A DNA stretch of 64,000 nt from Diplonema japonicum (taxonomy: Eukaryota > Protista > Euglenozoa: Diplonemea): positions 124,001 through 188,000 of the forward strand of contig OZ025700.1 in NCBI GenBank assembly GCA_964019335.1, read 5' to 3'. The notes beneath the pieces were generated by a model. It had not been told where the DNA came from, did no database searches, and saw only the letters and a list, made by a program, of their open reading frames with translations. Below are positions 23,501-32,390 of this stretch, one piece after another; the stretch's first letter is position 1, and each line of letters begins with the position of its first letter. The position numbers were made by a program, and so were the translations under genes.

Positions 23501-25715
23501 TCAACGTCATGTCCTTGCATGATCGGAACCCGTCGCACTTCACGACACACCCTGAACTGGGACACTCAATGACAACACCCTCGCAGGAGTCCAACGACGT
23601 GCACATCACCACCGCCTGCGAAGCATCAGCCCAGTTAAAGACAGCAGTAGCACAGGCCTGGTAGCCATCGCACTTAGCATGGCACTCCCCAGAGCACTTG
23701 TACTCCACATTGCGGCAGGAGCGCGATGCGCAAGCGAGGTCACACTTCTCAGCATCGCACTGCATGTCGACATCGTCGCACGCAGCGAAGCCGCCACAGT
23801 TCATGTTGCAGTGGCTCGTTGCAGCCCCGCAGTGAAGGGCAGGTGAGAAGCCGGCACTACTCGTGGGGTGTCCACAAGCGTTGCTGCTGTCGTCACTATC
23901 CTTGTCGTCTTTTTTATCCATGTCATCAATAGCCACCAAACCCTTGCAGGATTCATATCCACTGCAGTCAATGTCGCATGTGGGGCTTCCATGAGTACAA
24001 GCGATGGAAGCCTGGCTGCATGACTGCACACCCGAGCACGTGACGCTGCAGTTGCCGCCGCCGCACTCCATGCCACTCTTGTGACATTCCTTGTACTCGT
24101 CACACCGGATGCCACATTCATCTGTCGCAGGACAGACACAGTCATTCTTCTGGGAACAGACAATGGGTTCGGGCAACGGTGTCTCGCACATGCATGCCTG
24201 CACGGGGGTGCTGGAACAAATGTCCTTAGTAGGGTTAGCATTGCAGAACACGGTGCACCAAATAGTGCTGAAGACACTGTCTTTAATTGGGACCCAACGG
24301 CAAGTGGTTGGCTGCGTAGGGACAGGGGTAGGCTGCGGCGTCAGGATGTCTGAGCAGTCACAGATCTGCATAGGCCCCGCAGCACAAGACACAGCGAGAG
24401 GGGTGACGAGGCACAGCGTCTCACAAAAAGCGGATGTTACACCTGACTGTGAGGCCCCTAAAACAGTCACACGACACTGCCCAGTCGGTGATGGCGTAGG
24501 CACAGGGGTCGGCACAGGTGTGTCGGCGGTGCAAGAACACAGCTGAGTGGGCCCCGGGACACATGCTACGTTGGAAGGAACAGGAACGCACACAGCCGCA
24601 CACCACACGTCGGTGATGGTGTTGGCTGTGCCCAGCGCAGTGGGGGTGTAGCATGACGCAGTTGGCACCGGTGTAGGGATGGGTGTGGGCACTGGTGTGG
24701 GTGACGGAGTGTCCTCACAACTGCACAGCTGTGTGGAGCCCGCGACACACGAAGCGTAAGATGGCACCGCTGTGCACACAGTGGCACACCACACGTTGTT
24801 GATGCTGTGGGTCAAGCCTAGTGCCGTCGGGTGGTAGCACGACGTCGGTATCGATGCGGCGTACTGCAGGAGGTCGTTCGAACACGCGCCGTCCAAGCAC
24901 ACAGCACTGACCGCACCATCTAGGTCCTTGTCTTTGATGTTTTTGCAGGAGTCCTGGCCAGAACAGAAAATCTGACATTTCTGTCCAGATGCAAGAGTGG
25001 TAGGACATGTCAGTTTGAGGTTCTTACACGACTCGCGGCCGCTGCAGAGAATGTTGCAGCTAGCGTCGGCAGGGCACGTGATTGACACTCCGTCGCATGA
25101 CTTCTCATTAGCACAGTTCAGGTTGGCCTCACCGCCTGCAGACCAGTCGAAGGTGGAGTGCTTGCAGGCGTCCTTATTGCTGCACTCTGTGGTGCATGCT
25201 TGGCCCGTGCAGGTGTGCTCGATGTGGTGGCAGGCAGACACGCCGTTACAAACAGTGGCGCACTTTTTCGCAGCGCAATAGCTTGTTATCTTGTCGCAGC
25301 TCGACTCGCCATCGCAGGTCAGATCACAGTTTTTAACATCCTGACCGCAGTAGAAACCGTACTGCGCTGCATGGCCTAGGCCAGCACCTGCGTCAGGGCC
25401 GTCTTGTCCGTCGTCGTCCTTCTCAAGTTTTTCGCACGAGTGCTTGTTGGCGCATCGGACCTTGCACTCGTCAGACCCTGTGCACTCGATGTGTGCTTGC
25501 TTGCACCCTTTCTCCCCAGTGCATTCCACATGACACTTGTCATCGCCTGAGCACCTGATGGACGAATCTTTACATTCGTCCTTCCCGTCACATAAGTACT
25601 GACAGTTCGACTGCACCAGACTTGTGTCACAGTTGCAAATATCGCCCTTCCCACAACTGACTGAGAAGCCGCTTGTGGTGCACACCAGTGCTAGTAGTAC
25701 AAGTAATGATTTCAT
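20571..25715 (-). CDS. Giant Cys-rich mucin-like type I surface protein A (~1714 aa)
   Basis: Signal peptide MKSLLVLLALVC (ATG 25715), three blocks of CxGxxSC repeats, Cys modules ending QxCxC and PTAV stalks. The C-terminal ~300 aa are homologous to the short surface proteins, followed by a TM helix. Confidence 0.9.
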   Translation of the reverse strand: MKSLLVLLALVCTTSGFSVSCGKGDICNCDTSLVQSNCQYLCDGKDECKDSSIRCSGDDKCHVECTGEKGCKQAHIECTGSDECKVRCANKHSCEKLEKDDDGQDGPDAGAGLGHAAQYGFYCGQDVKNCDLTCDGESSCDKITSYCAAKKCATVCNGVSACHHIEHTCTGQACTTECSNKDACKHSTFDWSAGGEANLNCANEKSCDGVSITCPADASCNILCSGRESCKNLKLTCPTTLASGQKCQIFCSGQDSCKNIKDKDLDGAVSAVCLDGACSNDLLQYAASIPTSCYHPTALGLTHSINNVWCATVCTAVPSYASCVAGSTQLCSCEDTPSPTPVPTPIPTPVPTASCYTPTALGTANTITDVWCAAVCVPVPSNVACVPGPTQLCSCTADTPVPTPVPTPSPTGQCRVTVLGASQSGVTSAFCETLCLVTPLAVSCAAGPMQICDCSDILTPQPTPVPTQPTTCRWVPIKDSVFSTIWCTVFCNANPTKDICSSTPVQACMCETPLPEPIVCSQKNDCVCPATDECGIRCDEYKECHKSGMECGGGNCSVTCSGVQSCSQASIACTHGSPTCDIDCSGYESCKGLVAIDDMDKKDDKDSDDSSNACGHPTSSAGFSPALHCGAATSHCNMNCGGFAACDDVDMQCDAEKCDLACASRSCRNVEYKCSGECHAKCDGYQACATAVFNWADASQAVVMCTSLDSCEGVVIECPSSGCVVKCDGFRSCKDMTLKCPDNLNGKKCELQCNGDMSCVGVEGDHLCGDVTASCKGYKACTDDLLARVPNPAPVCDWVATSLGSLQGYGDAACQLLCTDDVANVVCDVVDVLNVAFCTCGTKAPSAAPVSSPLDAAAPVEPCIGWRPISQSAYGIAACNHICSHNILSYLCVPSTGPVNYQQCECDNSAVGCTASSRCECPSSGPCSIQCDERKECYDSALVCGGGECDVNCIGELACSTGSIMSSSSSRVTIECSGSESCKMLDRDRVTSRVANVLADDSDDQDMSACNTPALGAGFAPAMHCEAATTYCAVECSGASSCEATPIQCDSGHCSLACSAVSSCQAAEYRCTGDACSVQCTAFESCKNAAVELQTLNVLKTITCTATHSCAGAVIECPNGNCKVECSGMESCKGLTLKCPDSPQNGAICEIECSGAWSCADIKKASICGDVTAKCTGYNACHKDLLAHDPNAVQICPKWRAVQGALSNYNSNIEDLFCNFVCLSDASNPICSTSAGGLQICECTVEKTSAPDTQVPTATPTAVPTSVPTTAAPPTVVPTAVPTAVPTSVPTALPTVVPPTAVPTAVPTPVPTASPTAVPTAIPTAVLTPEPTLAPADRSIDVPIDEVPADETPVDDITSEPTAFPTTVPTFVPTAVPTAVPTAIPTAIPTAVPTSVPTSVPTVVPTNEPTPAPPICTMWRTTTVNGNTDCNSLCENPLTDSVCKGTPGVTQLCECVPCTSFQLKVQTPIGGLVTDCDNVCFGVLDLSLCRQFCECADTPIPTIAATPVPLQGGRLLRLIRRICRLRMRILRALFNLIRFQSVLLRVLFGLARGVSVHWTCPVTACLFGCPRTEAAKLALGCTSELVLTNGRGFAILETDNGTVVEVGLEYEQGAAEDAALEEQVLQKVRDATNGELAEFGVEGVEFDEAEVLVSNPDYKAPSSDDSLEGWEIALIMTACFAVAIIVFLIIFLKQNRPKAETNPNENEPIKETDV
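21490..21960 (-). repeat. Coding 12-bp PT(A/S)V tandem repeats (mucin-like stalk)
   Basis: Degenerate PTAV/PTSV/PTAI units in protein A. Confidence 0.85.
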
Positions 25716-25913
25716 GTTATTTATCAGCTGTGTTATGAAATATCTAAATGAGAATAATAATAATAAAGAAGAAAGAAGAAGGAAAAAAAATAGAAAACCC
25801 TGCTGTGTGTGGTTTTCATAACCGCAATCTTTTTTGCGCTGCGGGAGAAGAAAGGAAAGAAGAAAGGTAGGGCAGAAAGAAAAAAAAAACAGAAGCGGAA
25901 GAAGAAAGGAAAA

Positions 25914-25944
<31 letters not shown>

Positions 25945-26030
25945 AGAAAAAAGTTTTTCATTTATTTTTTTTTTTTGTTTTTGATGGAATTTATTCTTTT
26001 ATTTTACTCTTCGTCATTTTCTTCACTCAC

Positions 26031-26503
26031 TAGGGGCCTCATAATTTAACGCGAAACGGCCATAATCTAACTAGTTAAATTATGAGATTTTGGGGTTAAA
26101 TTATGGGCTTCAGAGTGAATGGGTCTTGTCGTGGGAAAAAATGTACCCAACCCCTTTAAGAATCTTTTTGGGTGGGTATTTTGACTGTTTTTGGCCATCT
26201 GAGACCATCGCGGCCCTTAAAAGTGGGAATAAGTGCTTTACTTCCCCTTAAAATGCCACGGCGAAATAGCTACCCCGTGCTACCTTAGGAAAATCCCCAA
26301 AAAAGCTGACTTGTGTGGAAAAAAATACAAGCAGTGAAAGCAGTGAAGAGTGAGTGACTCAAATGACGAAGAGTAAATAAAACGACTTACTTGCCTCCAA
26401 ACGAGCCACTATTTAACACTCGTTATCATTTTCTTGCACGAGGACCCGCAGGGCCCTTCTGCAAAAAATTCAGGAACTCGAGTTGAATAATGACTCATAA
26501 TTT
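26031..26503 (+). mobile_element. Truncated DNA-transposon end (hAT-like)
   Basis: Begins TAGGGG. CATAATTTAAC-type subterminal repeats occur in both orientations (26040, 26061, 26074, ~26096, partial at 26496) in complex sequence unlike the flanking homopolymers. The partner TIR was not found. Confidence 0.5.
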
Positions 26504-26640
26504 GTTGGCAAATAAATTTGCTGTTAGTTGTTTTGTGTGCAAAATCGGTAGTAAAGCTGCCTCCGATTTTTGCGTTATTCTTTGTTTTCTTTTTTCTTTT
26601 TTTTTCTTTTTTTTTTTTCTTCTTTTTTTTTGTTCGGGAG

Positions 26641-26697
<57 letters not shown>

Positions 26698-27291
26698 AGG
26701 TAGGAGGGAAAAATGGAAAACTAGTAAAATTATAGATATCGTTTTCCCCTTGAAGATTGCTGCCTGACAGCCTGCCAATTCAAAAAGACACTTAGCCAGA
26801 GAGTGACAAAAGAGTCACCGGTGGAGCGCTGTATGTAATAGCTAGACTTCAGTTCTCCTAGATAAAATAAGTAGAGAAAATTTTAGTTATAAAAAGTTCG
26901 ACCTTTACAAGGCCTGGTAAGAGAGCGTATTCACAAAGGAATTTACTTTTTCAGTTCGGAGGGTAAGGGTCGGGCTACCAAAAAAAAGGGGGGGGGGAGT
27001 AAAACAAAATATGGGAACAGGGACAAGAATAAGGTGGGGTTTTTCATGCCCCGCTCTTCCAACCAATCAATGACAACTAAGCTAGCTAGGAAAAATACTA
27101 AAATCGGCAAGCCCTTTTTTTTTTTCTTTTTCTTCTTTTTTTTTTTCTTTTGGATCTATTTTTTTTTTTCTTTTTTTTTTTTCTTTGGTTTCATTTGTTT
27201 AAGATTTTTCAAAAAAAAAAAAAAAAACTTTTTAATTCCATCACATTAGAACTGCAGATTCATGGAAAAAAAAAAAGGGTGGAACACAAGG

Positions 27292-27335
<44 letters not shown>

Positions 27336-27528
27336 AGAACTACAAAAAAAAACTAATTGTCAGTTTGCACGAGCGTTATTTTTAATAAATAAAAATTTCG
27401 CTGCCACCAACTAGTTTTTGTCGGGACGAGAAGCAAAAATAAAAAAATTAAAATAAATAAAAAAAAATAAAAACTAAAACACAAATGATGGAATTTTTTG
27501 CAGAACAAGAAGGGGGGGGGGGGGGGGA

Positions 27529-27571
27529 AGAGACATTTAAGGGTACCTGCGGTATGTGGCAGGACGCCTGA
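27529..27571 (-). promoter_or_regulatory. 43-bp conserved element, copy A (candidate acceptor + 21-nt micro-exon + donor)
   Basis: Identical to 32286-32328. Minus strand reads poly(T)...TCAG|GCGTCCTGCCACATACCGCAG|GTACCC. Confidence 0.6.
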
Positions 27572-27857
27572 ATAAAAAAAAAAGAAAATACAACTAGAAT
27601 TTAATTAAAAAAAAGGGGGCGGGGGGCAATCACGAGCCCAGGGATCTTTTAGTCACTGCTGGACTTCCTTTTTCGTAGAAAGAAAATCAAAACAGAATTA
27701 GAGTTGGCTAGTCGTGCCAATGCACAATCAATGCCACCAGAAATTATTGCATGTATAATAAAGCATAATCTCTTTTCTAATGACTACTAGGGGGAAGCGC
27801 TTTCCTGAAGCTGGGGGCCCCATGGTAGCTCTGTGATGGGGTTGCTGGTCTTCACCC

Positions 27858-28844
27858 TCATACCGACGGCTCTCCCATCTCTACCTCATTGGTAGGCTCT
27901 TTGGTGTTCTTCTGGTTGATGAAGTAGAAAACAGCCCCGGCGATGAGGGCGACGCCGACCACGCAGCCGATCACGATGAGGGCGATCTCCCAGCCCTCGA
28001 GGGAGTCGTCGGAGGAGGGGGCCTTGTAGTCGGGGTTCGACACCAGCACCTCCACCTCATCGAACTCCACCTGCTGGATCTTGAAGGTTGCGAGCTCAGC
28101 GTCCTTCGACTCCTCCACCTTCTTCACCACAGCCGCCTCCCTCGCCGTCCCCGTGCCAGCAGCTGCCGTGTAGTCGAAGGTCACCTCCGCAGTGCTCCCG
28201 GTCTCCCCAGCCAGCACTGTAAGCGAACGCCCAAGAGGGGTGAGAACCAGCTCAGAGGTGCACCCCAGGGCCAGCTTGTCGGTCTCTGTCCTGGGGCATC
28301 CGAAGAGGCACGCCGTCAAGGGGCAGGTCCAGTGGAAGTGCACCGCCGTCGTCTCATCCTTCAGAACGCGGAGGAGGACCGTCCCGAGCTTCGAGGTGTC
28401 GAGGGCAGCCTTCAGGACGTTCATCTTCAGCCTGAGCACCCTTCGCACCACCTTGATGATCCTCCCGTCCTGTCGGGGCACAGGGACCGCCACGACGGTG
28501 GGCACAGGGGTGTCGGCACATTCGCAGAACTCGTTGCACTTTGTGAGGTCGTCCGCACCGATGCACACGCTCTCGCAGTTCGCAGGGGCGCCAGCAGGGG
28601 CGGGGTCCTTCAGGCGGAAGGTGGTGCACGGGATACACTCGCACAGCTGTGCCACCCCGCGTGTGGGGAAGCACGCCGACCGCGTCACAGGGTTCCCGCA
28701 CAGTGCTGGACAGTCTGTGTCGCTCTTCACGGTGGTCGGGCGCCACCCTTGGCAGAAGACAGCAGGCTCGTCGTCCACAGGGGCGTCCGCAGCAAAGCTG
28801 CAGCCCACAAGCGCAAGCATGGTGATAGTCGCGAAGGTCTTCAT
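27858..28844 (-). CDS. Short Cys-rich type I surface protein, copy 3 (328 aa, different cytoplasmic tail)
   Basis: Protein identical to copy 1 through the TM helix, then INQKNTKEPTNEVEMGEPSV*. Confidence 0.9.
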   Translation of the reverse strand: MKTFATITMLALVGCSFAADAPVDDEPAVFCQGWRPTTVKSDTDCPALCGNPVTRSACFPTRGVAQLCECIPCTTFRLKDPAPAGAPANCESVCIGADDLTKCNEFCECADTPVPTVVAVPVPRQDGRIIKVVRRVLRLKMNVLKAALDTSKLGTVLLRVLKDETTAVHFHWTCPLTACLFGCPRTETDKLALGCTSELVLTPLGRSLTVLAGETGSTAEVTFDYTAAAGTGTAREAAVVKKVEESKDAELATFKIQQVEFDEVEVLVSNPDYKAPSSDDSLEGWEIALIVIGCVVGVALIAGAVFYFINQKNTKEPTNEVEMGEPSV

Positions 28845-31051
28845 TGTTGCTTTGTGTGTGTGTTTGTTTTAATCTGTTTGTGAAATAAAAGCGAGTTAAG
28901 GGGCGGATGACCTCACACGCAGCAAGTGGACAGCCTTCTACTCCAAGCCCAATGCGAGCAGTTAATGAGAGAACAAAATATCAAAAAAATATCAAAAAAA
29001 AGAAACAAATGGGTACACGGGCTGACGATCGGCTTGAAGAAATGGATAATGAAGGGAAAAAGTTTATTTTGATGAAGTTTCTTAATTTCAAATTCACCCC
29101 TGTTTCAAGGTTCAAAGGGTGTCGAGGAAAAAAGAATTTACCCTTTTTGCGGAAGAGTGGCCCCGCCTAAGGCAAAGAATGGCGGGAGGGATATTGAGGG
29201 ATCTAAAAGAATATTTTATTTTATTTTTTTCTTTTTTAATCCTCCCTCCCACCATCTTTATTTCGGAGACCGGCCGTTGTTTAAGGGGGGGGGGGGGGGG
29301 GGGGGAGGGGGGGTAGAAAGGGCAGAAACCTGTAATTACTACGGTTCCCTTCACGAGTTTATATAATCCGTATACTAACGGTTTCCCTTTAGTTTTAAAA
29401 AATAAGTTTAAAAACTCGATGCAAAAAGAAAAAAAAATCCTTTTTTTTCTTTTTTTCTTTTTCTTTTTTTCTAGCTAAAGGGTGGGAGAGGTAGATCGAT
29501 TTCAATTTTCTTTGAGCTTTTTAGTGCTCTTTACAATAAAGGGTGCGCATATCCAAGCCAACTGTGGAAATTGCGGTGAGTAAAGGTTGTGAATGTTGAA
29601 CATGTCCCTTCTTCTTTTTCTTCTTCTTCTTTTTTTTTTTCTTTTCTTTTTCTTGAGTAGGGTAGTTCAGGCAATTACATCGACAACGTATCGCAGCAGA
29701 TGAACTAAGTTTGATGAACAATTCAAAAAAAAATAAAAAAAGAGTTAAAAAAAAAAAACCAAACAAAGTCCAGCGACAGCAAGTTAAGAAAAAAAAAAAA
29801 AAACAGAAGATACGGGGGAAAAAAAAAAGATACAAAACAGTTAACAGGACAGAAAAAAAGAGGGTCCTGAGCGCCTTTTTTTTTTTTTTTTTTTTCCCCA
29901 GAATTTCTACCACTGCTAATCCCTCCGAGTTAAAAAAAAAGAAAAGAAGAACAGAAAATATATAAAAAGTGTTCCGCCGAAGCAAAAAAAAAAAAAGAAA
30001 AAAAAAAAGTTCCAAGTTCTAAATCCTAAACAGAATAAAAAATCTTTGGGTGATTATAAATGTAAGGGCAGCCTTTGCCATTGATAGTGCATAGGCTACC
30101 CAAGAATTAAAGGGGATCTCAGAGAAGGAGACTTCGAACTAAAGGTTGCCCCCAAAACAATGGAAACGAGAAAAAGAAATTTGAAGAGAGAACGAAAAGA
30201 GAGATGAGATAAAATGAGAAAGCAAGACACGGTTTTAGTGTTTTTTTTTACCTGAAAGATCTTTTCACTTGATTCCCTTTCTTTTCCCCCTTCTTTTTTT
30301 TTTTCATGGCGTTCCCACATTCTGTGGGGTGTTGGAAAAAAATAGAGAAAAAAAAAGAGGGCTGGAAAACTAGGGAAAAATAGTAGTGCAAGACGGTACA
30401 TCCTAACAGGTTTTTTTCTCATTTCACTCTTCTTCCTTCTCTTCTTTTTTTTTTTTTCATTTCTTCTCTGCCAATCCTTTTTTTACTGTATATTTATTTG
30501 AGGAATGGCCGAGGGAAATGTGATGAAAAAGGGAAGAGTAAAGAAAGAGAAAAAAAAAAAAAGAAGCTAGCGGAGAGGGCATAAAAAAAACAAAAACAAA
30601 AACAACAAAGAAATACAACGAAGGAAGCCTGGTTTTGGTGGCGTCCTTGCTTGGCCAAAAAAAAAAAAAAAAAAAAAAGAATAGGCAAAAAAAAAAAAAG
30701 GCTTTTTTTTTTTTCGGTTGTGCATGACGGTTACAATATACAGTGAGATGTAACTACACAGCAATTAGGCCTCTTTTTTTTAATTCTTTTTTTTTTAAAC
30801 TACAATTAACTACGTGTTTTTTTTTTTTTTTTTTTTTTTTTTGTGTTCACCGATTTAAGAAGGAAAAAAAAAGAATAAAGTAAGGAGAGAGAATGAAGAA
30901 AAAAAAAAAGGAACGAAGAAGAAAAAAAAAAGCCAATCAATGTCAGTGCCCGGACCCGGAGGGAGGAGATGAAACAAGAAAAAAATAATAATAATGGGAG
31001 AATAAAAAAAATAAATGGGGGGGTGGCTCAGTTCAGTGGGCGAAACTCGAA

Positions 31052-32128
31052 CTACTCCTCTGCAACAACTGTAACAGGCTCATTCCTGACGGGGCCGGGG
31101 AGGGCCTTGTGGGGCTCTTCATTTTCAACCTTTGAGTATTTGTTGTTGCAGAAGTAGAAGACAGCCCCTCCGGCAAGGGCGGTGGCGAGAACACAGCCAA
31201 TAACAATGAGGGCGATCTCCCAGCCTTTGAGGCCATCATCGTCGCTAGAGGAGGTGGCGGCAGTGGTGGTGGTAGGCTTCGGTGTGGGCGCCACGTAGTT
31301 GGGGTTCGCAATCAGAATCTCCACCTCATCGAACTCCACCTGCTGGATCTTGAAGGGCGCCAGCTCCACACCTGCCTTTGAATCATCCACCTTCTTCACT
31401 ATTTTTGCCTCTCTTGCCGTTCCCGTAGCAGTTAAAAAAAAAGCTGCCTTGTATTCGAAGGTCACCTCCGCAGTGCTCCCGGTCTCCCCAGCCAGCACTG
31501 TAAGAGCACGCCCAAGAGGGGTGAGAACCAGCTCAGAGGTGCACCCCAGGGCCAGCTTGTCGGTCTCTGTCCTGGGGCATCCGAAGAGGCACGCCGTCAA
31601 GGGGCAGGTCCAGTGGAAGTGCACCGCCGCCGTCTCGTCCTTCAGAACCTGAAGCAGAGCGGTTCCGAGCTTCGAGGTGTCGAGGGCAGCCTTCAGGACG
31701 TTCATCTTCAGCCTGAGCACCCTTCGCACCACCTTGATGATCCTCCCGTCCTGTCGGGGCACAGGGACCGCCACGACGGTGGGCACAGGGGTGTCGGCAC
31801 ATTCGCAGAACTCGTCACATTTTGTGAGGTCGGAGGCTCCGATGCACACGGTATCACAATTCGCAGGGGCACCGGCAGGGGCGGGGTCCTTCAGGCGGAA
31901 GGTGGTGCACGGGATGCACTCGCACAGCTGTGCCACCCCGCGTGTGGGGAAGCACGCAGCGCTCGTCACTGGGTTTTCACACAGTGCCGGGCAGTCTGTG
32001 TCGCCATTCACGGTGGTCGGGCGCCACCCTTGGCAGAAGGTCAGCACTGGCCCGTCGTCCTGAGGGGCGTCCGCAGCAAAGCTGCAGCCCACAAGCGCAA
32101 GCATGGTGATAGTCGCGAAGGTCCTCAT
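31052..32128 (-). CDS. Short Cys-rich type I surface protein, copy 4 (358 aa, mosaic/divergent)
   Basis: Same architecture, with identical blocks alternating with diverged blocks and an added PTPKPTTTTAAT stalk. Confidence 0.9.
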   Translation of the reverse strand: MRTFATITMLALVGCSFAADAPQDDGPVLTFCQGWRPTTVNGDTDCPALCENPVTSAACFPTRGVAQLCECIPCTTFRLKDPAPAGAPANCDTVCIGASDLTKCDEFCECADTPVPTVVAVPVPRQDGRIIKVVRRVLRLKMNVLKAALDTSKLGTALLQVLKDETAAVHFHWTCPLTACLFGCPRTETDKLALGCTSELVLTPLGRALTVLAGETGSTAEVTFEYKAAFFLTATGTAREAKIVKKVDDSKAGVELAPFKIQQVEFDEVEILIANPNYVAPTPKPTTTTAATSSSDDDGLKGWEIALIVIGCVLATALAGGAVFYFCNNKYSKVENEEPHKALPGPVRNEPVTVVAEE

Positions 32129-32285
32129 TGTGTGTTTTGGAGTTTTTTTTTTTTTTTTTTTTTTTTGAAAGCTGTGGTATTGTATTGGAAAGATCCCATA
32201 AAAAAAAGACGAAGGAGGCTACTGACTAAACTGAAACTGACAAGATGGAGGGTTGGTTCGCAAAAAAAAAAAAAAAAAAAAAAAG

Positions 32286-32328
32286 AGAGACATTTAAGGG
32301 TACCTGCGGTATGTGGCAGGACGCCTGA
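32286..32328 (-). promoter_or_regulatory. 43-bp conserved element, copy B
   Basis: Identical to 27529-27571. Lies in the 262-bp spacer between giant protein B and copy 4. Confidence 0.6.
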
Positions 32329-32390
32329 CAAAAAAAAAAGAAAAAAAAAAAAAAAAAAACTAATTTCCCCTAGTTTTGCTATTCGGTTCC

